This document shows positions 26,490 to 37,400 of a stretch of 59,794 nt of DNA, piece by piece. Under the pieces are notes generated by a model that was not told the DNA's origin, ran no database searches, and was given only the letters and a program-made list of their open reading frames with translations. The stretch is taken from positions 1-59,794 of the forward strand of contig JBGPPG010000006.1 in NCBI GenBank assembly GCA_041488455.1, in the 5' to 3' direction. Every line of letters starts with the position of its first letter. The first letter of the stretch is position 1. Origin of the DNA: Gemmatimonadota bacterium. GTDB taxonomy: Bacteria; Gemmatimonadota; Gemmatimonadetes; Gemmatimonadales; GWC2-71-9. The position numbers and the translations under genes are program-made.

Positions 26490-26560
26490 GGCCGCCACCT
26501 CCCAAAGCTTGTAGAGAAGCCCAACTTGCAGGCCGGACAACGGGATGTCAAATGGCCCCG

Positions 26561-26592
26561 CTCACGTCTCTCCTCTCACTTCTCACTCTGAC
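26561..26592 (-). repeat. degenerate heptamer tract (CTCACNT-like)
   Basis: ctcacgt ctctcct ctcactt ctcactc, directly after the ABC gene stop on the minus strand. Confidence 0.6.
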
Positions 26593-28482
26593 TTACCTGT
26601 ACCCGGCCGCCTGCAGCTGGAAGAGCTCCGCATAGAGGCCGCCGCGCGCCACCAGCTCCTCGTGGGTGCCCTGCTCCTCCATCTCTCCGCCACGCAGCAC
26701 CAGGATCCGGTCGGCCATCCGCACGGTGGAGAAGCGGTGAGAAATGAGCACGGCCATCTTCCCGGCCGTGAGCTCCGAGAATCGCAGGAACACCTCGTAC
26801 TCCGCCCGGGCATCCAGAGCTGCTGTCGGCTCGTCCAGGATGAGGAGCTGGGCGTCGCGCATGTACGCCCGTGCCAGTGCCACCTTCTGCCACTCGCCGC
26901 CGGAAAGCTCCACGCCCCCCTCGAACCGCCGGCCGAGCATCTGGTCGTAGCGGCCCGTCAGCCGGCGGGCGACCGAGTCGGCAAGGCTCCGCTCCGCCGC
27001 GCCGAGGATCCGCGGTTCTTCTTCGCGCCGCTCGATGTTGCCCACTGCGATGTTCTCCCGCAGCACGAAATCATAGCGGACGAAGTCCTGGAAAATCACG
27101 CCGACGTTCCGGCGCAGGCTCTCGACGTCATGCTCCCGGAGATCGACGCCGTCCAGCAGAATCCGTCCCTCGCTCGGGTCGTACAGCCGCACCAGCAGCT
27201 TGGCCAGCGTGGTCTTCCCCGCGCCGTTCTCGCCCACCAGCGCGATCCGCTCACCCGGCTCGAGGGTGAAGTCCAGATGCCGTACCGCCCAGCGCTCCGA
27301 CCCGGGGTAGCGGAACCCGACGTCCTCGAAGACGAAGCCCTGCCGGATGGGTACCGGCACAGGCCGGCCTCCCACGGAGGCGCGGATACGCGGCTCCAGC
27401 GCGAGGAAGCTGAAGAGATCGTCGAGGTAGAGGCTCTGCTCGAACACCTGGGTAAGCGAGAGCAGCACCCGCTGGATCAGATCCCGGCTCTGGCGGAACG
27501 AGCCCGTCAGGAAGGTGAGCACCCCGATGGTGAAGACGCCTGCCGGTCCGCGGTGCTGGACGACGGTCAGATAGATGATGACGACGTACGCGCCGTAATA
27601 CCCGAGGGTGCCGACCGCCGCCAGCAGGCTGGATACGAGGCCGCGCCGGAGGGCCAGCGCCTTGTTGGCCTCGTAGAACTCCCGGCTCAGGCGGTCGTAG
27701 CGCCCTACCAGGAACTCCGAGAGCCCGAAGAGCTTCACCTCCTTGGCCGAGATGTCGCTCGCGCCGACATACCGGAGATAGTCGAGCAGGCGACGCTCCG
27801 GCGTCCACGAAAAGAGCAGCGAGTAGCCCAGCGACGCGAAGTGCGTCTCTCCGAGCAGCGACGGCAGTACGGCGATGACCAGGAGCGCCAGCAGCCACGG
27901 CACGAAGGCCACGAGGGCCGCGGACAGGGTCGCCAGCGTGATGAGGTCCTGCAGCGTGGAGAGCAGCAGCGTGAACAGTCCGATCCGGTTCACCGTCTGC
28001 CGGCGCGCGCGCTCCAGCTTGTCGTAGAGGTCCGGGTCCTCGAACTGCTCGAGGTCGAGTAAAGCCGCGTGGCGCATGAGGTCCACGCTGGTGCGGTTCG
28101 CGAAAAGGTCACCCAGCAGGCTCTCGAACAGGGCGGACAGCCGGGAGAGGCCCTCCCCTCCAACCGCGATGGCGAACTCGATGGCGAGGAGTGTGCCGAG
28201 CCGCGCCCACGGCACTTCACCGGAGGGGTGACCGATGGCCGCCACCACCTCGTCCACGATGAGCTTCCCCACCCAGAGAACGGCCAGGGGGACCACAGCC
28301 CGGACCACCCGGAGCAGCAGGATCCCCACCACGTACTTCGGCTCGGTCGTCCAGACCAGGCGGAGCAGCGTCGGGAGATGCCGGAGGGCCTTGAGCCGCT
28401 CCCGCCAGCCTGGTTGTGGCTCGTCCGGCTTTCGGCCACCGGGGTTGGGGCGTACAATCGAGTGAGCGAGAGGAAGCGCCAT
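26593..28482 (-). CDS. ABC transporter fused permease/ATP-binding protein (exporter type)
   Basis: N-terminal TM domain, GENGAGKT, LSGGEWQK, ILDEPT and ISHR. Confidence 0.93.
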   Translation of the reverse strand: MALPLAHSIVRPNPGGRKPDEPQPGWRERLKALRHLPTLLRLVWTTEPKYVVGILLLRVVRAVVPLAVLWVGKLIVDEVVAAIGHPSGEVPWARLGTLLAIEFAIAVGGEGLSRLSALFESLLGDLFANRTSVDLMRHAALLDLEQFEDPDLYDKLERARRQTVNRIGLFTLLLSTLQDLITLATLSAALVAFVPWLLALLVIAVLPSLLGETHFASLGYSLLFSWTPERRLLDYLRYVGASDISAKEVKLFGLSEFLVGRYDRLSREFYEANKALALRRGLVSSLLAAVGTLGYYGAYVVIIYLTVVQHRGPAGVFTIGVLTFLTGSFRQSRDLIQRVLLSLTQVFEQSLYLDDLFSFLALEPRIRASVGGRPVPVPIRQGFVFEDVGFRYPGSERWAVRHLDFTLEPGERIALVGENGAGKTTLAKLLVRLYDPSEGRILLDGVDLREHDVESLRRNVGVIFQDFVRYDFVLRENIAVGNIERREEEPRILGAAERSLADSVARRLTGRYDQMLGRRFEGGVELSGGEWQKVALARAYMRDAQLLILDEPTAALDARAEYEVFLRFSELTAGKMAVLISHRFSTVRMADRILVLRGGEMEEQGTHEELVARGGLYAELFQLQAAGYR

Positions 28483-28515
28483 CAAACGCAAGCTAATCGC
28501 GGAGGGAGCTGCCCG

Positions 28516-29121
28516 ATGGAGAGTCACCTGCTCAGTGTGTGGCGGGATCTGATTACGCTGGGAACGCCGGAGATGACCAACGACTGGCCGCACTGGGCGG
28601 AGAAGTTGCTGCGCCCCGCGGCCGTGTACCTGTTTCTGGTCTTCTGCCTGCGCCGGTTCGGGAAGCGCATGCTGGCGCAGCTCAATCCGTTCGACTTCGT
28701 CGTGCTCCTGACGCTGTCCAACACGGTGCAGAACGCCATCATCGGGAACGACACGTCGCTGCTTGGGGGCGTGGTGGGCGCGATCTCCCTGCTCACGTGC
28801 AACGCGCTGCTCGTGCGGTACTACTACCGCGGCCCCTCACAGAACCTCCTCTCCGACCATGACCGGGACATCAGCCTCATCACGGGCGGCCATCTGGACG
28901 AGTCGGAGATGCGCCGGCTCCATGTGAATGCTGGCGAGCTGGTCGCGAAGGCGCACGAGCGCGGATTCGATACCTTGGGCGAAATCGACAGCGCGATGCT
29001 GTACCCCAACGGAACGATCTATTTCCGCGGGCGCCACCCCGACGATGCCGAGCAGCGCCATCGGGCGTTGATGGAGCGATTGGACCATCTCCAGCGCGAG
29101 CTGGCCATGCTGCGGCGCTAG
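28516..29121 (+). CDS. DUF421/YetF family membrane protein
   Basis: GKR.LAQLNPFD.VVLL.LSN.VQNA and AML.PNG.I. Confidence 0.88.
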   Translation: MESHLLSVWRDLITLGTPEMTNDWPHWAEKLLRPAAVYLFLVFCLRRFGKRMLAQLNPFDFVVLLTLSNTVQNAIIGNDTSLLGGVVGAISLLTCNALLVRYYYRGPSQNLLSDHDRDISLITGGHLDESEMRRLHVNAGELVAKAHERGFDTLGEIDSAMLYPNGTIYFRGRHPDDAEQRHRALMERLDHLQRELAMLRR

Positions 29122-29141
29122 CTCCACACCTATCTTTGCGC

Positions 29142-29852
29142 ATGACTCCCGCCCGCACCGCGCTCGTCACCGGGGCCACCGAAGGAATCGGCAAGGCCAC
29201 CGCGCTCGCCCTCGGGCGGGCGGGCTGGCAGGTGGGCGTGTGTGCCCGTACCGCGTCGCGGGTAGACGCGCTCCTCGCCGAGCTGGCCGAGGCCGGCATT
29301 CGGGCTGCCGGCCGCGCCGGCGACGTCGGGGACGAGCGCGACGCTGCCGCCGTCGTCCGGCACGTGGTGGACGCTCTCGGGGCCGTCGATGCCCTCGTGA
29401 ACAACGCCGGCGTTCTGGTCGCGAAGCCGTTCGAAGAGCTTACGCTGGCCGACTGGGACCGCACCATGGCCACCAACCTGCGCAGCCTCTACCTCGTCAC
29501 CCGCGAAGTGCTCCCCGAGATGCGCCGCCGGCGCCACGGTACGATCGTCAACGTCGCGAGCCTCGCCGGCCGCAATGGATTCGTCGGCGGTACGGCCTAC
29601 ACCGCCTCGAAGCACGCCGTGCTCGGCTTCAGCAGGTCCCTCATGCTCGAGGTCAGGCGCGACAACGTTCGGGTGGTCGCGATTTGCCCGGGCTCGGTGG
29701 GGACGGCGATGCTGCGCGACCAGCCGCTGCTCAAGGCGGATCCGGCCAAGATCCTGCGGCCCGAAGACGTCGCGGCCGCCATTCTGCACACGCTCGAGCT
29801 CCCCGACCGGGCGCTGGTGAGCGAGTTGGACATCCGCCCGACCAATCCATGA
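29142..29852 (+). CDS. short-chain dehydrogenase/reductase
   Basis: TGATEGIG, NNAG and YTASK. Confidence 0.93.
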   Translation: MTPARTALVTGATEGIGKATALALGRAGWQVGVCARTASRVDALLAELAEAGIRAAGRAGDVGDERDAAAVVRHVVDALGAVDALVNNAGVLVAKPFEELTLADWDRTMATNLRSLYLVTREVLPEMRRRRHGTIVNVASLAGRNGFVGGTAYTASKHAVLGFSRSLMLEVRRDNVRVVAICPGSVGTAMLRDQPLLKADPAKILRPEDVAAAILHTLELPDRALVSELDIRPTNP

Positions 29853-31408
29853 GCTCGGAAGAGCGGTCCTGGCGACGGCTCTACGTCCCCCGCTATGTGA
29901 CCGCCGCCGCCGTCGGGCTCGGTTGGCTGGGCATTTACTTCGCCTACCGAGGGCACTGGCTCGGCGTCTTCCTGCCGGTGATCACCACGCTGCTCACGTA
30001 CGCGGCACTCCGCCGGGGCGAGATGCTGTCCCGCCGGCAGCGCGAGTCGCTGCGCGGCGCGCTCGAGACCGCGGCCGCGCGAAACCGCGAGCTCGAGCGC
30101 CTGGGCGCCGTGACCGCCGTGATGCTTCAGGATGTCGATCTGCCCCGGATCTTTCAGGCGGTCGCCGATGCCGCGCGCGATCTCCTTCAGGCCAAGGGCG
30201 CCATGATCACGTTGCCGGTCGAGGAGGGGCGCTTTCTCAAGGTCATGGCCACGGCGGGGATGATGGAGGCCGGACAGGGTCAGCTCCTGCCGGGCGACGC
30301 GTCCCTCAGCGGGTGGGTCGTCCACCACGACGAGGCCGTGGTCACGGAGGATTTGTACGGAGACCCGCGGGCCACCCGGGTGCCAGGCGTCGTGGGGCCG
30401 GTCCGCACCGCCGCCATGGTCCCGCTCCGATCGGCCGGGCTCGCGATCGGGACCATCGCCGTCCTCAACCGTCGCGACAACCAGCCGTTCGACGCGCATG
30501 ACCTCCAGCTCCTGCGCACCCTCGGGGACCAGGCGGTCGTGGCGCTGGACCGTGCCCGCACCTTCGAGGAGATCCGCCGGAGCGAACGGCAGCTCATCGA
30601 GAAGAACGCCGAGCTCCTTCGCGCGGCCCGACTCAAGGGCGAGTTCCTGGCCAACATGTCCCACGAGCTCCGAACGCCGCTCAATTCGATCATCGGATTC
30701 TCCGACCTGATCCTGAGCGGCAGCGTCGGAGAGATCCCCGAGGTGCAGCGGGAGTTTCTTGAGGCCGTGCTCCGGAACGGGCGCCATCTTCTCCGGCTCA
30801 TCAACGACGTGCTCGATCTCTCGAAGGTCGAGGCCGGCCGGATGGCGCTCGCGCTGGCGGCCACAGACCTGCGGGAGGCGATCACCGGGGCCGTGGCGGA
30901 TACCGCGAGCCTGCGCTCGGCGCGGCGGCAACAGTGCGAGATCCACCTGGACCAGGGCCCGCTCCAGATCGTGGCGGATGGCACGCGCGTGCGCCAGGTG
31001 CTGTTCAACCTGCTGTCCAACGCCTCCAAGTTCACGCCGGAAGAAGGTCGCATCAGTCTGTCCGCCGTCCACACGCAGGCCCCGCTGCCGGCCCCCGCGG
31101 GCCGGGCGGGCGACGAAGCCCACTTGATCGCGCGCGACGCGGTCTGGGTAGCGGTCTCCGACACGGGGATCGGCATCCGGCAGGACGATCTGGGGCAGTT
31201 GTTCCAGGAGTTCAGTCAGCTGGACAGCTCAGCCAGCCGGCAGCAGCAGGGAACCGGGCTCGGCCTGGCGCTTTCCCGGCGCTTCGTCGAGCTGCACGGC
31301 GGGGTTATTGGGGTGGAGTCGGTGGTCGGAAAGGGAAGTACGTTCTGGTTCATCCTGCCGACAGAGGGACCACTCCGCCGCGGCCCGATCCGAAGCGAAC
31401 CCGGATAG
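29849..31408 (+). CDS. membrane GAF-domain sensor histidine kinase
   Basis: ATGA overlap, two TM segments, GAF, FLANMSHELRTPLNSIIGF, NLLSNASKFT, DTGIGI and GTGLGL. Confidence 0.92.
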   Translation: MSSEERSWRRLYVPRYVTAAAVGLGWLGIYFAYRGHWLGVFLPVITTLLTYAALRRGEMLSRRQRESLRGALETAAARNRELERLGAVTAVMLQDVDLPRIFQAVADAARDLLQAKGAMITLPVEEGRFLKVMATAGMMEAGQGQLLPGDASLSGWVVHHDEAVVTEDLYGDPRATRVPGVVGPVRTAAMVPLRSAGLAIGTIAVLNRRDNQPFDAHDLQLLRTLGDQAVVALDRARTFEEIRRSERQLIEKNAELLRAARLKGEFLANMSHELRTPLNSIIGFSDLILSGSVGEIPEVQREFLEAVLRNGRHLLRLINDVLDLSKVEAGRMALALAATDLREAITGAVADTASLRSARRQQCEIHLDQGPLQIVADGTRVRQVLFNLLSNASKFTPEEGRISLSAVHTQAPLPAPAGRAGDEAHLIARDAVWVAVSDTGIGIRQDDLGQLFQEFSQLDSSASRQQQGTGLGLALSRRFVELHGGVIGVESVVGKGSTFWFILPTEGPLRRGPIRSEPG

Positions 31409-31411
31409 CCG

Positions 31412-32902
31412 TCAACCCACCCGCTTCCACCCGGACCTTACCGGCGCGGGCAGCATGGCCGCACGGCGGACGAGCTCGACGTACGGGGCGACCAGGTCCG
31501 CGAGCTGCTGGACCGGCGCGACGTCGCCAGGGCTCAGCGCGCCGAACCCTCGGGCCTCGAGCACCAGCGCGCCCACCGTCCGCCCGGACACGCGGAGCGG
31601 TACGATCAGCTCCGTCGCCCTCGGGCTCTCCGTCACCACCTCCGCCACCTCTCCCCGCAGCACCCTGCCGAGCGGTGTACCGGCGATCGGCACGAGCGGG
31701 AGATCCGACCAGTGCTTGGCCTCTCCCGGCTCCACCAGTACGACCCGGTCGCCTTCGGACAGCCGCACCGCCAGTGTGAGCCGGTCGCACGGGAGCATGG
31801 CACGGGTCTCCTCCGCGAGCCGCCGGCTCGCTTCGGCGAACTGGGCCGTCGTCGCCAGCATGTCGGCTACACGGGCCTGGTGCGCCGGCGCGTTGCGCAA
31901 CGTCACCATCTGCTTCCGCAAGACGTGAAGCTGCGAGGAGAGAACGTAGCTGTCGATCTTGGGACCGAGTATGTCCCCCAGGCGGACCAGTGAGGCGAGG
32001 TCCTCGTCCTGATACACTCCGGCCCGGGCCGATCCCACGAGGAGGTGGCCGGCCAGGTGTCCGCTTGAGGTGATCCGGACGCCGAGCAGCGAGCGGATCA
32101 CTTGCCCGGTCGGGAGCGACTCCCCGAACAGCTCGGTCAACGAGCTCTCCACCGGGTCGCGCAGCACCAGGGTCGGATGGCCGCCGAACAGCGCGACGAG
32201 ATCCAGTCGCTCCTTCTCCACCACCAGCTCCGGCTCCGCCCAGGGCGGGCCCCCCGCGTGCCCTCCCAGCCGATACTGACGACCGGGTGAAGGGCCGGGG
32301 ATCAGGACCTCGAAGACGTCGTGCGGAACCAGTCGCCCGAACGCTTCCGATGCGAGCGCGAAGAAGTCGCGCGGCGAGCGCGCCTCGGTCCACGCCGCAG
32401 CGAGCGCCGTCCCGAGATCAGGCACCGGGCCGCCCGCGGCGGCGCCCTGCTGCCGGGCGATCCGCGAGAAGGTCGGTGCGATCGCCTCGGCCACGCGGCG
32501 GATGGTTTCTCGCGCAGCGTCGTCGTAGCGGTCTGCGTCCAACGCGGCAACCAGCAGCAGACCGACGTCACTGGGGCCGAATCTGATCGGCAGGCAAGCC
32601 ACCGACCGGTACCCGGCCCGCTCGACAATGGCGGCGAGCTTGGCGGCCGCCTCGTCCGACACCCGGGGCCGCGGGAGCGGCACGGGCAGGTCATCCTGGG
32701 CCAGCGCTTCGGGACCGATCAGCTCGGCGCCGCCCGAAGCGGGATACAGCCAGAGCGCAAACAGGTCGTGCGGGACTTCGACGCCGACGGCCTCCGCGAG
32801 CGCCTCGTGCCAGGTCGCGAGGTCATCGCGATCAGGCAGCCCGTCCCCAGCCCGAAGAATCGGGATGAGCGGCAATGGGTTGCGGTCGGTCTCGTCGGTC
32901 AT
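31412..32902 (-). CDS. multi-GAF domain protein with no evident output domain
   Basis: Three GAF-like endings: ACLPIRFG..VGLL..RYD, SLLGVRI...GHLLVGS...Y and LIVPLRVSG..VGAL. Confidence 0.75.
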   Translation of the reverse strand: MTDETDRNPLPLIPILRAGDGLPDRDDLATWHEALAEAVGVEVPHDLFALWLYPASGGAELIGPEALAQDDLPVPLPRPRVSDEAAAKLAAIVERAGYRSVACLPIRFGPSDVGLLLVAALDADRYDDAARETIRRVAEAIAPTFSRIARQQGAAAGGPVPDLGTALAAAWTEARSPRDFFALASEAFGRLVPHDVFEVLIPGPSPGRQYRLGGHAGGPPWAEPELVVEKERLDLVALFGGHPTLVLRDPVESSLTELFGESLPTGQVIRSLLGVRITSSGHLAGHLLVGSARAGVYQDEDLASLVRLGDILGPKIDSYVLSSQLHVLRKQMVTLRNAPAHQARVADMLATTAQFAEASRRLAEETRAMLPCDRLTLAVRLSEGDRVVLVEPGEAKHWSDLPLVPIAGTPLGRVLRGEVAEVVTESPRATELIVPLRVSGRTVGALVLEARGFGALSPGDVAPVQQLADLVAPYVELVRRAAMLPAPVRSGWKRVG

Positions 32903-33094
32903 GCGAGGCGAAGAAGCACGAGGCATGCCCCCGGACGGGCAGCCGCGAACCCGCTGCCGGGACTGAACTTGCGAGGCCGCGGCGGCCCGCCCCGCTGCGG
33001 TGCGGTTGGTGCGCTGCCGCCCGTGCGCGGCGTTTTGCACCCCGATCAGCCCGGAACCGGAAGGGCGCAAACTATGTTAAGATAGTACGTTGAG

Positions 33095-33111
33095 ATACCC
33101 CCTATCCCTAT
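33095..33111 (+). promoter_or_regulatory. possible CsoR-type operator (degenerate)
   Basis: ATACCCCCTATCCCTAT directly after TTGAGA and upstream of copZ. It resembles ATACCC-N-GGGTAT, but the right half is imperfect. Confidence 0.35.
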
Positions 33112-33128
33112 CAGTAAGGATCGGAGCC

Positions 33129-33338
33129 GTGACCATCGCGACGCTGGATATAGAAGGCATGAGCTGCCGGCATTGCCTGAACGCGGTCCACCGCGCGCTC
33201 GCGGCGCTGCCCGGTGTCCAGGTCGAGTCGGTGAGAATCGGGCGGGCCGACGTCCGCCTGGACGAAGCCGTCGCCGACCGGGCGGGCCTCGAGGCCGCTG
33301 TGGCGGCGGCGGGCTACCACGCGAAGGTCCGCCCGTGA
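33129..33338 (+). CDS. copZ: copper chaperone (HMA domain)
   Basis: IEGMSCRHC...AGY, with a GGAG RBS. Confidence 0.88.
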   Translation: MTIATLDIEGMSCRHCLNAVHRALAALPGVQVESVRIGRADVRLDEAVADRAGLEAAVAAAGYHAKVRP

Positions 33339-35539
33339 CCACAGCGCTCGCGAATCGCACGATCCCCGTGTCCGGCATGACCTGCGCCGCGTGCAGCGCG
33401 CGGGTGCAGCGCTCGCTCGAGCAGACTCCGGGCGTGGCCTCGGCCTCGGTGAACCTGATGACCGGCGAGGCAACGGTGGATTTCGATCCCGCGTCCGTAA
33501 CGCCTGAGCGTCTCGTGGCCGCGATCCGCGACACGGGCTACGGGGCGGAGCTGCCGCGGCCGAACGCGACGGCAGAGGCAGCCTTCGAGTCCCAGGACCA
33601 GGAGCGCGGCCTCGAGGCCACCACGCTCACGCGCAAGTTCTGGGTTGCCGTCGTCCCCGCCGTCGTGATGATGATCGTGGGCCATCCCCGCAGCGACGCG
33701 GTGAGGTGGCTAGAGCTCGGGCTGACGCTGCCCGTCGTCCTTTGGAGCGGTCGGCACTTCTACACCCGAGCCTGGGCCGCGCTTCGGCACGGCGGCGCCG
33801 ACATGAACACGCTCATCGCCGTCGGCACCGGGGCGGCGTTCGGATTCAGCGTCTTCATGACCGTCGCGTCGGGCTGGGTCGGGGCGCGTGGTGTGATGCC
33901 CCAGGTCTACTACGAGGCCGTCGCGACGATCGTCGCTCTGGTCCTCCTCGGCAACCTGCTCGAGGTCCGGGCCAAGCGGCGGACCGCCGGCGCCGTCCGC
34001 CGGCTGATGGGCCTCCGGCCGGACACCGCCCACGTGATACGCCAAGGGACCGAGGTCGAGGTGCCCGTCGCCGACGTGCACGTGGGCGAGGTGCTGCTGG
34101 TACGGCCCGGCGAGCGGATTCCCGTGGACGGGGTCGTGCTCCAGGGAACGACCACGGTGGACGAGTCCATGCTGACCGGTGAGCCCGCGCCGGTAGCGAA
34201 AGCGGAAGGCGACGAGGTGGTGGGCGCAACGCTCAACCGGCACGGGTCCGTGCAGATGCGCGCCACCCGAGTCGGAGGGGACACCGTGCTCTCCCGGATC
34301 ATCGCAATGGTTCGCGGCGCCCAGGGGGCGAAGGCGCCGATCCAGCGGCTGGCGGACAGGATCTCCGCCGTGTTCGTGCCGATCGTCATCGGCATCGCGG
34401 TCGTGACCTTCGGCCTCTGGTACGCGCTGGGTCCGGAGCCCCGGTACCTGCACGCGCTCGTCTCCGCGGTCACCGTGCTCATCATCGCGTGTCCCTGCGC
34501 CATGGGGCTCGCGACCCCCACCGCGGTGATGGTGGCTACCGGGCGGGGCGCCGAGCTGGGTGTGCTGATCAAAGGCGGCGATGCGCTCCAGCGCGCGGCG
34601 GAGCTCGACGTCGTCGCGCTGGACAAGACCGGCACGCTCACCGAGGGCCGGCCCGCAGTGACGCACAATGGCCTCGACGACGAATCGCTCCGTCTGGCCG
34701 CGTCGCTGGAGCGGTTGAGTGAGCATCCGCTGGCCGACGCCATCGTCAGCGCGGCCCGGGAGCGCGGGCTCGAGCTGGTCGATCCCGAAGCGTTCGGGGC
34801 GCGCCCGGGCCGGGGTGTCTCAGGCAGGGCCGCGGGCCGGGAGATCGTGGTCGGAAGCCGGCGGCTGATGCTGGAGCAGGGCGTGGCCGTGGACGCATTC
34901 GACCAGCTCGCCGATACGCTCGCGGGCCAGGGCGCGACGCCCGTTTACGTCGCGGTGGACGGCCGGCCCGCCGGGCTTATGGCCGTCGCCGACCCGGTCA
35001 AGCCCACAAGCCGGGAGGCTGTGGCTGCGCTCGCGGCCCTCGGGCTCGAGATCATCATGCTGACTGGAGACGACCGGCGTACCGCGGAGAGCGTCGCACG
35101 CACCGTCGGCATCGAGCACGTGATGGCAGAGGTCCTCCCGGACCGGAAGCTCGAGGAGCTCAGGCGGATCCAGGAATCCGGCAAGGTGGTCGCAATGGTG
35201 GGCGACGGGCTCAACGACGCGCCGGCGCTGGCGCAGGCGGACCTGGGAATCGCCATTGGCACCGGCACGGACGTCGCCATGGACACGGCCGGGATCACGC
35301 TCATGGGGGGTGACTTGCTCGGCGTGGTCCGCGCCCTCGGCCTGGCGCGGCGCGCCCTGCGCGTGATCCGCGAAAACCTGTTCTGGGCGTTCGTCTATAA
35401 CGTGATCGGGATTCCGGTCGCCGCCGGTGCGCTCTACCCCGCGTTCGGGATTCTGCTGACGCCCGCGCTCGCCGCGGCGGCGATGGCCATCAGCAGCGTG
35501 AGCGTGGTCACCAACAGCCTGAGGCTCAGGAGCGCATGA
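33335..35539 (+). CDS. copA: Cu(I)-translocating P1B-type ATPase
   Basis: GMTCAAC, TGE, CPC, DKTGT, SEHP, GDGLND, YN and MAISS. Confidence 0.95.
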   Translation: MTTALANRTIPVSGMTCAACSARVQRSLEQTPGVASASVNLMTGEATVDFDPASVTPERLVAAIRDTGYGAELPRPNATAEAAFESQDQERGLEATTLTRKFWVAVVPAVVMMIVGHPRSDAVRWLELGLTLPVVLWSGRHFYTRAWAALRHGGADMNTLIAVGTGAAFGFSVFMTVASGWVGARGVMPQVYYEAVATIVALVLLGNLLEVRAKRRTAGAVRRLMGLRPDTAHVIRQGTEVEVPVADVHVGEVLLVRPGERIPVDGVVLQGTTTVDESMLTGEPAPVAKAEGDEVVGATLNRHGSVQMRATRVGGDTVLSRIIAMVRGAQGAKAPIQRLADRISAVFVPIVIGIAVVTFGLWYALGPEPRYLHALVSAVTVLIIACPCAMGLATPTAVMVATGRGAELGVLIKGGDALQRAAELDVVALDKTGTLTEGRPAVTHNGLDDESLRLAASLERLSEHPLADAIVSAARERGLELVDPEAFGARPGRGVSGRAAGREIVVGSRRLMLEQGVAVDAFDQLADTLAGQGATPVYVAVDGRPAGLMAVADPVKPTSREAVAALAALGLEIIMLTGDDRRTAESVARTVGIEHVMAEVLPDRKLEELRRIQESGKVVAMVGDGLNDAPALAQADLGIAIGTGTDVAMDTAGITLMGGDLLGVVRALGLARRALRVIRENLFWAFVYNVIGIPVAAGALYPAFGILLTPALAAAAMAISSVSVVTNSLRLRSA

Positions 35540-35889
35540 CCGGAGATCCGCGGGCTACCGACGCGGCCTCGTGCCCGTGTCTCCGTCCGGGAGACGGGGT
35601 TCATGCCGTCGCTCTCACGCCGGACACGAAGCAGGCGCTGCTCACCCGTCTCCGCCGGATCGAGGGCCAGGTGCGCGGGCTCCAGAAGATGGTGGAGGAG
35701 GAGCGCTACTGCGCCGATGTGCTGGTACAGATGTCGTCGGTCCAGGAGGCGCTGCGGAGCGCCGGTCGCACCCTCCTCGACAACCACCTGCGCCACTGTG
35801 CGACGAGCGCGATCCGCTCCGGCGATCCGGAGCGCAGCGAGGCCATGTACGCGGAGCTCCTCGACCTGGTCTACCGCACCGCGCGCTAG
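35536..35889 (+). CDS. csoR: CsoR-family metal-sensing repressor
   Basis: [14 protein letters not shown] and HLRHC. Confidence 0.9.
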   Translation: MTGDPRATDAASCPCLRPGDGVHAVALTPDTKQALLTRLRRIEGQVRGLQKMVEEERYCADVLVQMSSVQEALRSAGRTLLDNHLRHCATSAIRSGDPERSEAMYAELLDLVYRTAR

Positions 35890-37400
35890 TCCGCCACGCG
35901 CTTCATGTCCGCTCCGACCGTCCGGGTCGCCCCGAGCACCACGACCCCGCCGAGGAGCGCCATGGACGGCAGCACGAACACCGCGCGGTCGATGCCGAAG
36001 CGGTCCGAGAGCGCACCAACGAGGGGGAACGCGATCGCGTCACCGGCGAGGTGGATGAAGAGCAGGTAGGCCCCCGCGACGGTGGCGCCCACGCGGGCCG
36101 GCACGACGTCGAAGATCACTGCGGTGAGGGGGCCGTTGTACCACGAGAGAAAGAAGAACGCGCCGAAAAACACCGGAATGAAGATCGCCTGGTCGCGGAC
36201 GGTGAGCAGCCAGATCGCACCCGGGGCTCCGATCAGCAGGCCGAGAGCCACGGTGATGACCCGGGCCTGGTCGGTGTATCGCCGCAGCCAGTCCGCGAGG
36301 CCGCCGCCGAACACGGTGCCCGCCGTCCCCGCGAGCAGGCCCCACTTGCCGAGCAGGGTCGCGGCCTGGGACGAGGTGAGACCCAGCTCCCGCGCGATGA
36401 AGGTAGGCCCCCAGCCGACGATCCCATTCATCCCGAACGAGATCATGGCGCCGGCTACGAAGACGTATATCAGGGTGGGGGTGGCGAGCACGCGTTTCAC
36501 CGCGCGCACGATATCGTCGATGGCGCCGCCGAGCTCTCCGCCGAGCGGGGTCGTGGCGACCCTGCCCCTCCGGATGAGCCGCACCCATCGCAGAATGTCG
36601 CCTGCGAGACCCAGTCCCACCGCGGCGCCGAACACCGCGATGTCGAGCTTCGAGTCTGCCCCGTAGACGTGACCCAGTGCGACGGCGGCGCTCAGGCCGG
36701 CAGCAACGCCGATCATCGTGCACACGAAGTCCCGCCGCAGCATGGCAAGAGCGCCGTCCCGTCCCGCGAAGAAGTCGCGCAGCGTGACCGTCGATGGCCG
36801 GCGGGTCGGATCCACAAGCCGCCCCGCCGCCATGGCGCAGAGCACGCCGGGAATCCCGACCACGAGGAACGCGACGCGCCAGCCATAGTGTTTCTCGAGC
36901 ACGCCGCCCAGTCCGATGCCGAGCACGCCGCCGAGCGCGATGCCGGCAGAGAGGATTCCCATGGCCGCCGCGCGGCCCTTGCCGGGGAAGTAGTCCGCCA
37001 CGAGCGAGGCGGCCGCGGGGCCGAACGCTGCCTCCCCGATCCCGACGGCGGCCCGGCAGATGAACAGCTGTCCGAAGTTCCGGACCGCGGCGCCCAGGGC
37101 GGTGAAGAGGCTCCAGACGGTGACGCCGGCCGCGATCACCGCTCGCCGAGAGCGGAGATCGCTAATCACGCCGAAGGGCAGCGCGGCCACCGAGAACACC
37201 AGGATATAGGCCGAGCCCAGCCATCCGAGCTGCGTATCGGTCAGGCTCAGGTCGCGCTTGATCGGCTCGAACAGCGCGAAGATGACGTTCCGGTCGAGGT
37301 AATTGAGGATGTTGATGAGGGCGAGGAGACCGAGCGCGTACCACCGATAGGCGGTCGTGAGGCTCCGGCCCGGTGGGGCCGCATCGGGGTTTCCCGTCAC
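35886..37400 (-). CDS. MFS transporter (spinster-like)
   Basis: NYLDR, LTDTQLG and R..VGIGEA, with many TM segments. Confidence 0.9.
   Translation of the reverse strand: MTGNPDAAPPGRSLTTAYRWYALGLLALINILNYLDRNVIFALFEPIKRDLSLTDTQLGWLGSAYILVFSVAALPFGVISDLRSRRAVIAAGVTVWSLFTALGAAVRNFGQLFICRAAVGIGEAAFGPAAASLVADYFPGKGRAAAMGILSAGIALGGVLGIGLGGVLEKHYGWRVAFLVVGIPGVLCAMAAGRLVDPTRRPSTVTLRDFFAGRDGALAMLRRDFVCTMIGVAAGLSAAVALGHVYGADSKLDIAVFGAAVGLGLAGDILRWVRLIRRGRVATTPLGGELGGAIDDIVRAVKRVLATPTLIYVFVAGAMISFGMNGIVGWGPTFIARELGLTSSQAATLLGKWGLLAGTAGTVFGGGLADWLRRYTDQARVITVALGLLIGAPGAIWLLTVRDQAIFIPVFFGAFFFLSWYNGPLTAVIFDVVPARVGATVAGAYLLFIHLAGDAIAFPLVGALSDRFGIDRAVFVLPSMALLGGVVVLGATRTVGADMKRVAD

Noticed and set aside
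29240-29848. N-terminal extension of the histidine kinase ORF
   Set aside because: It overlaps the SDR gene in another frame. ATG29849 (ATGA coupling) is the plausible start.
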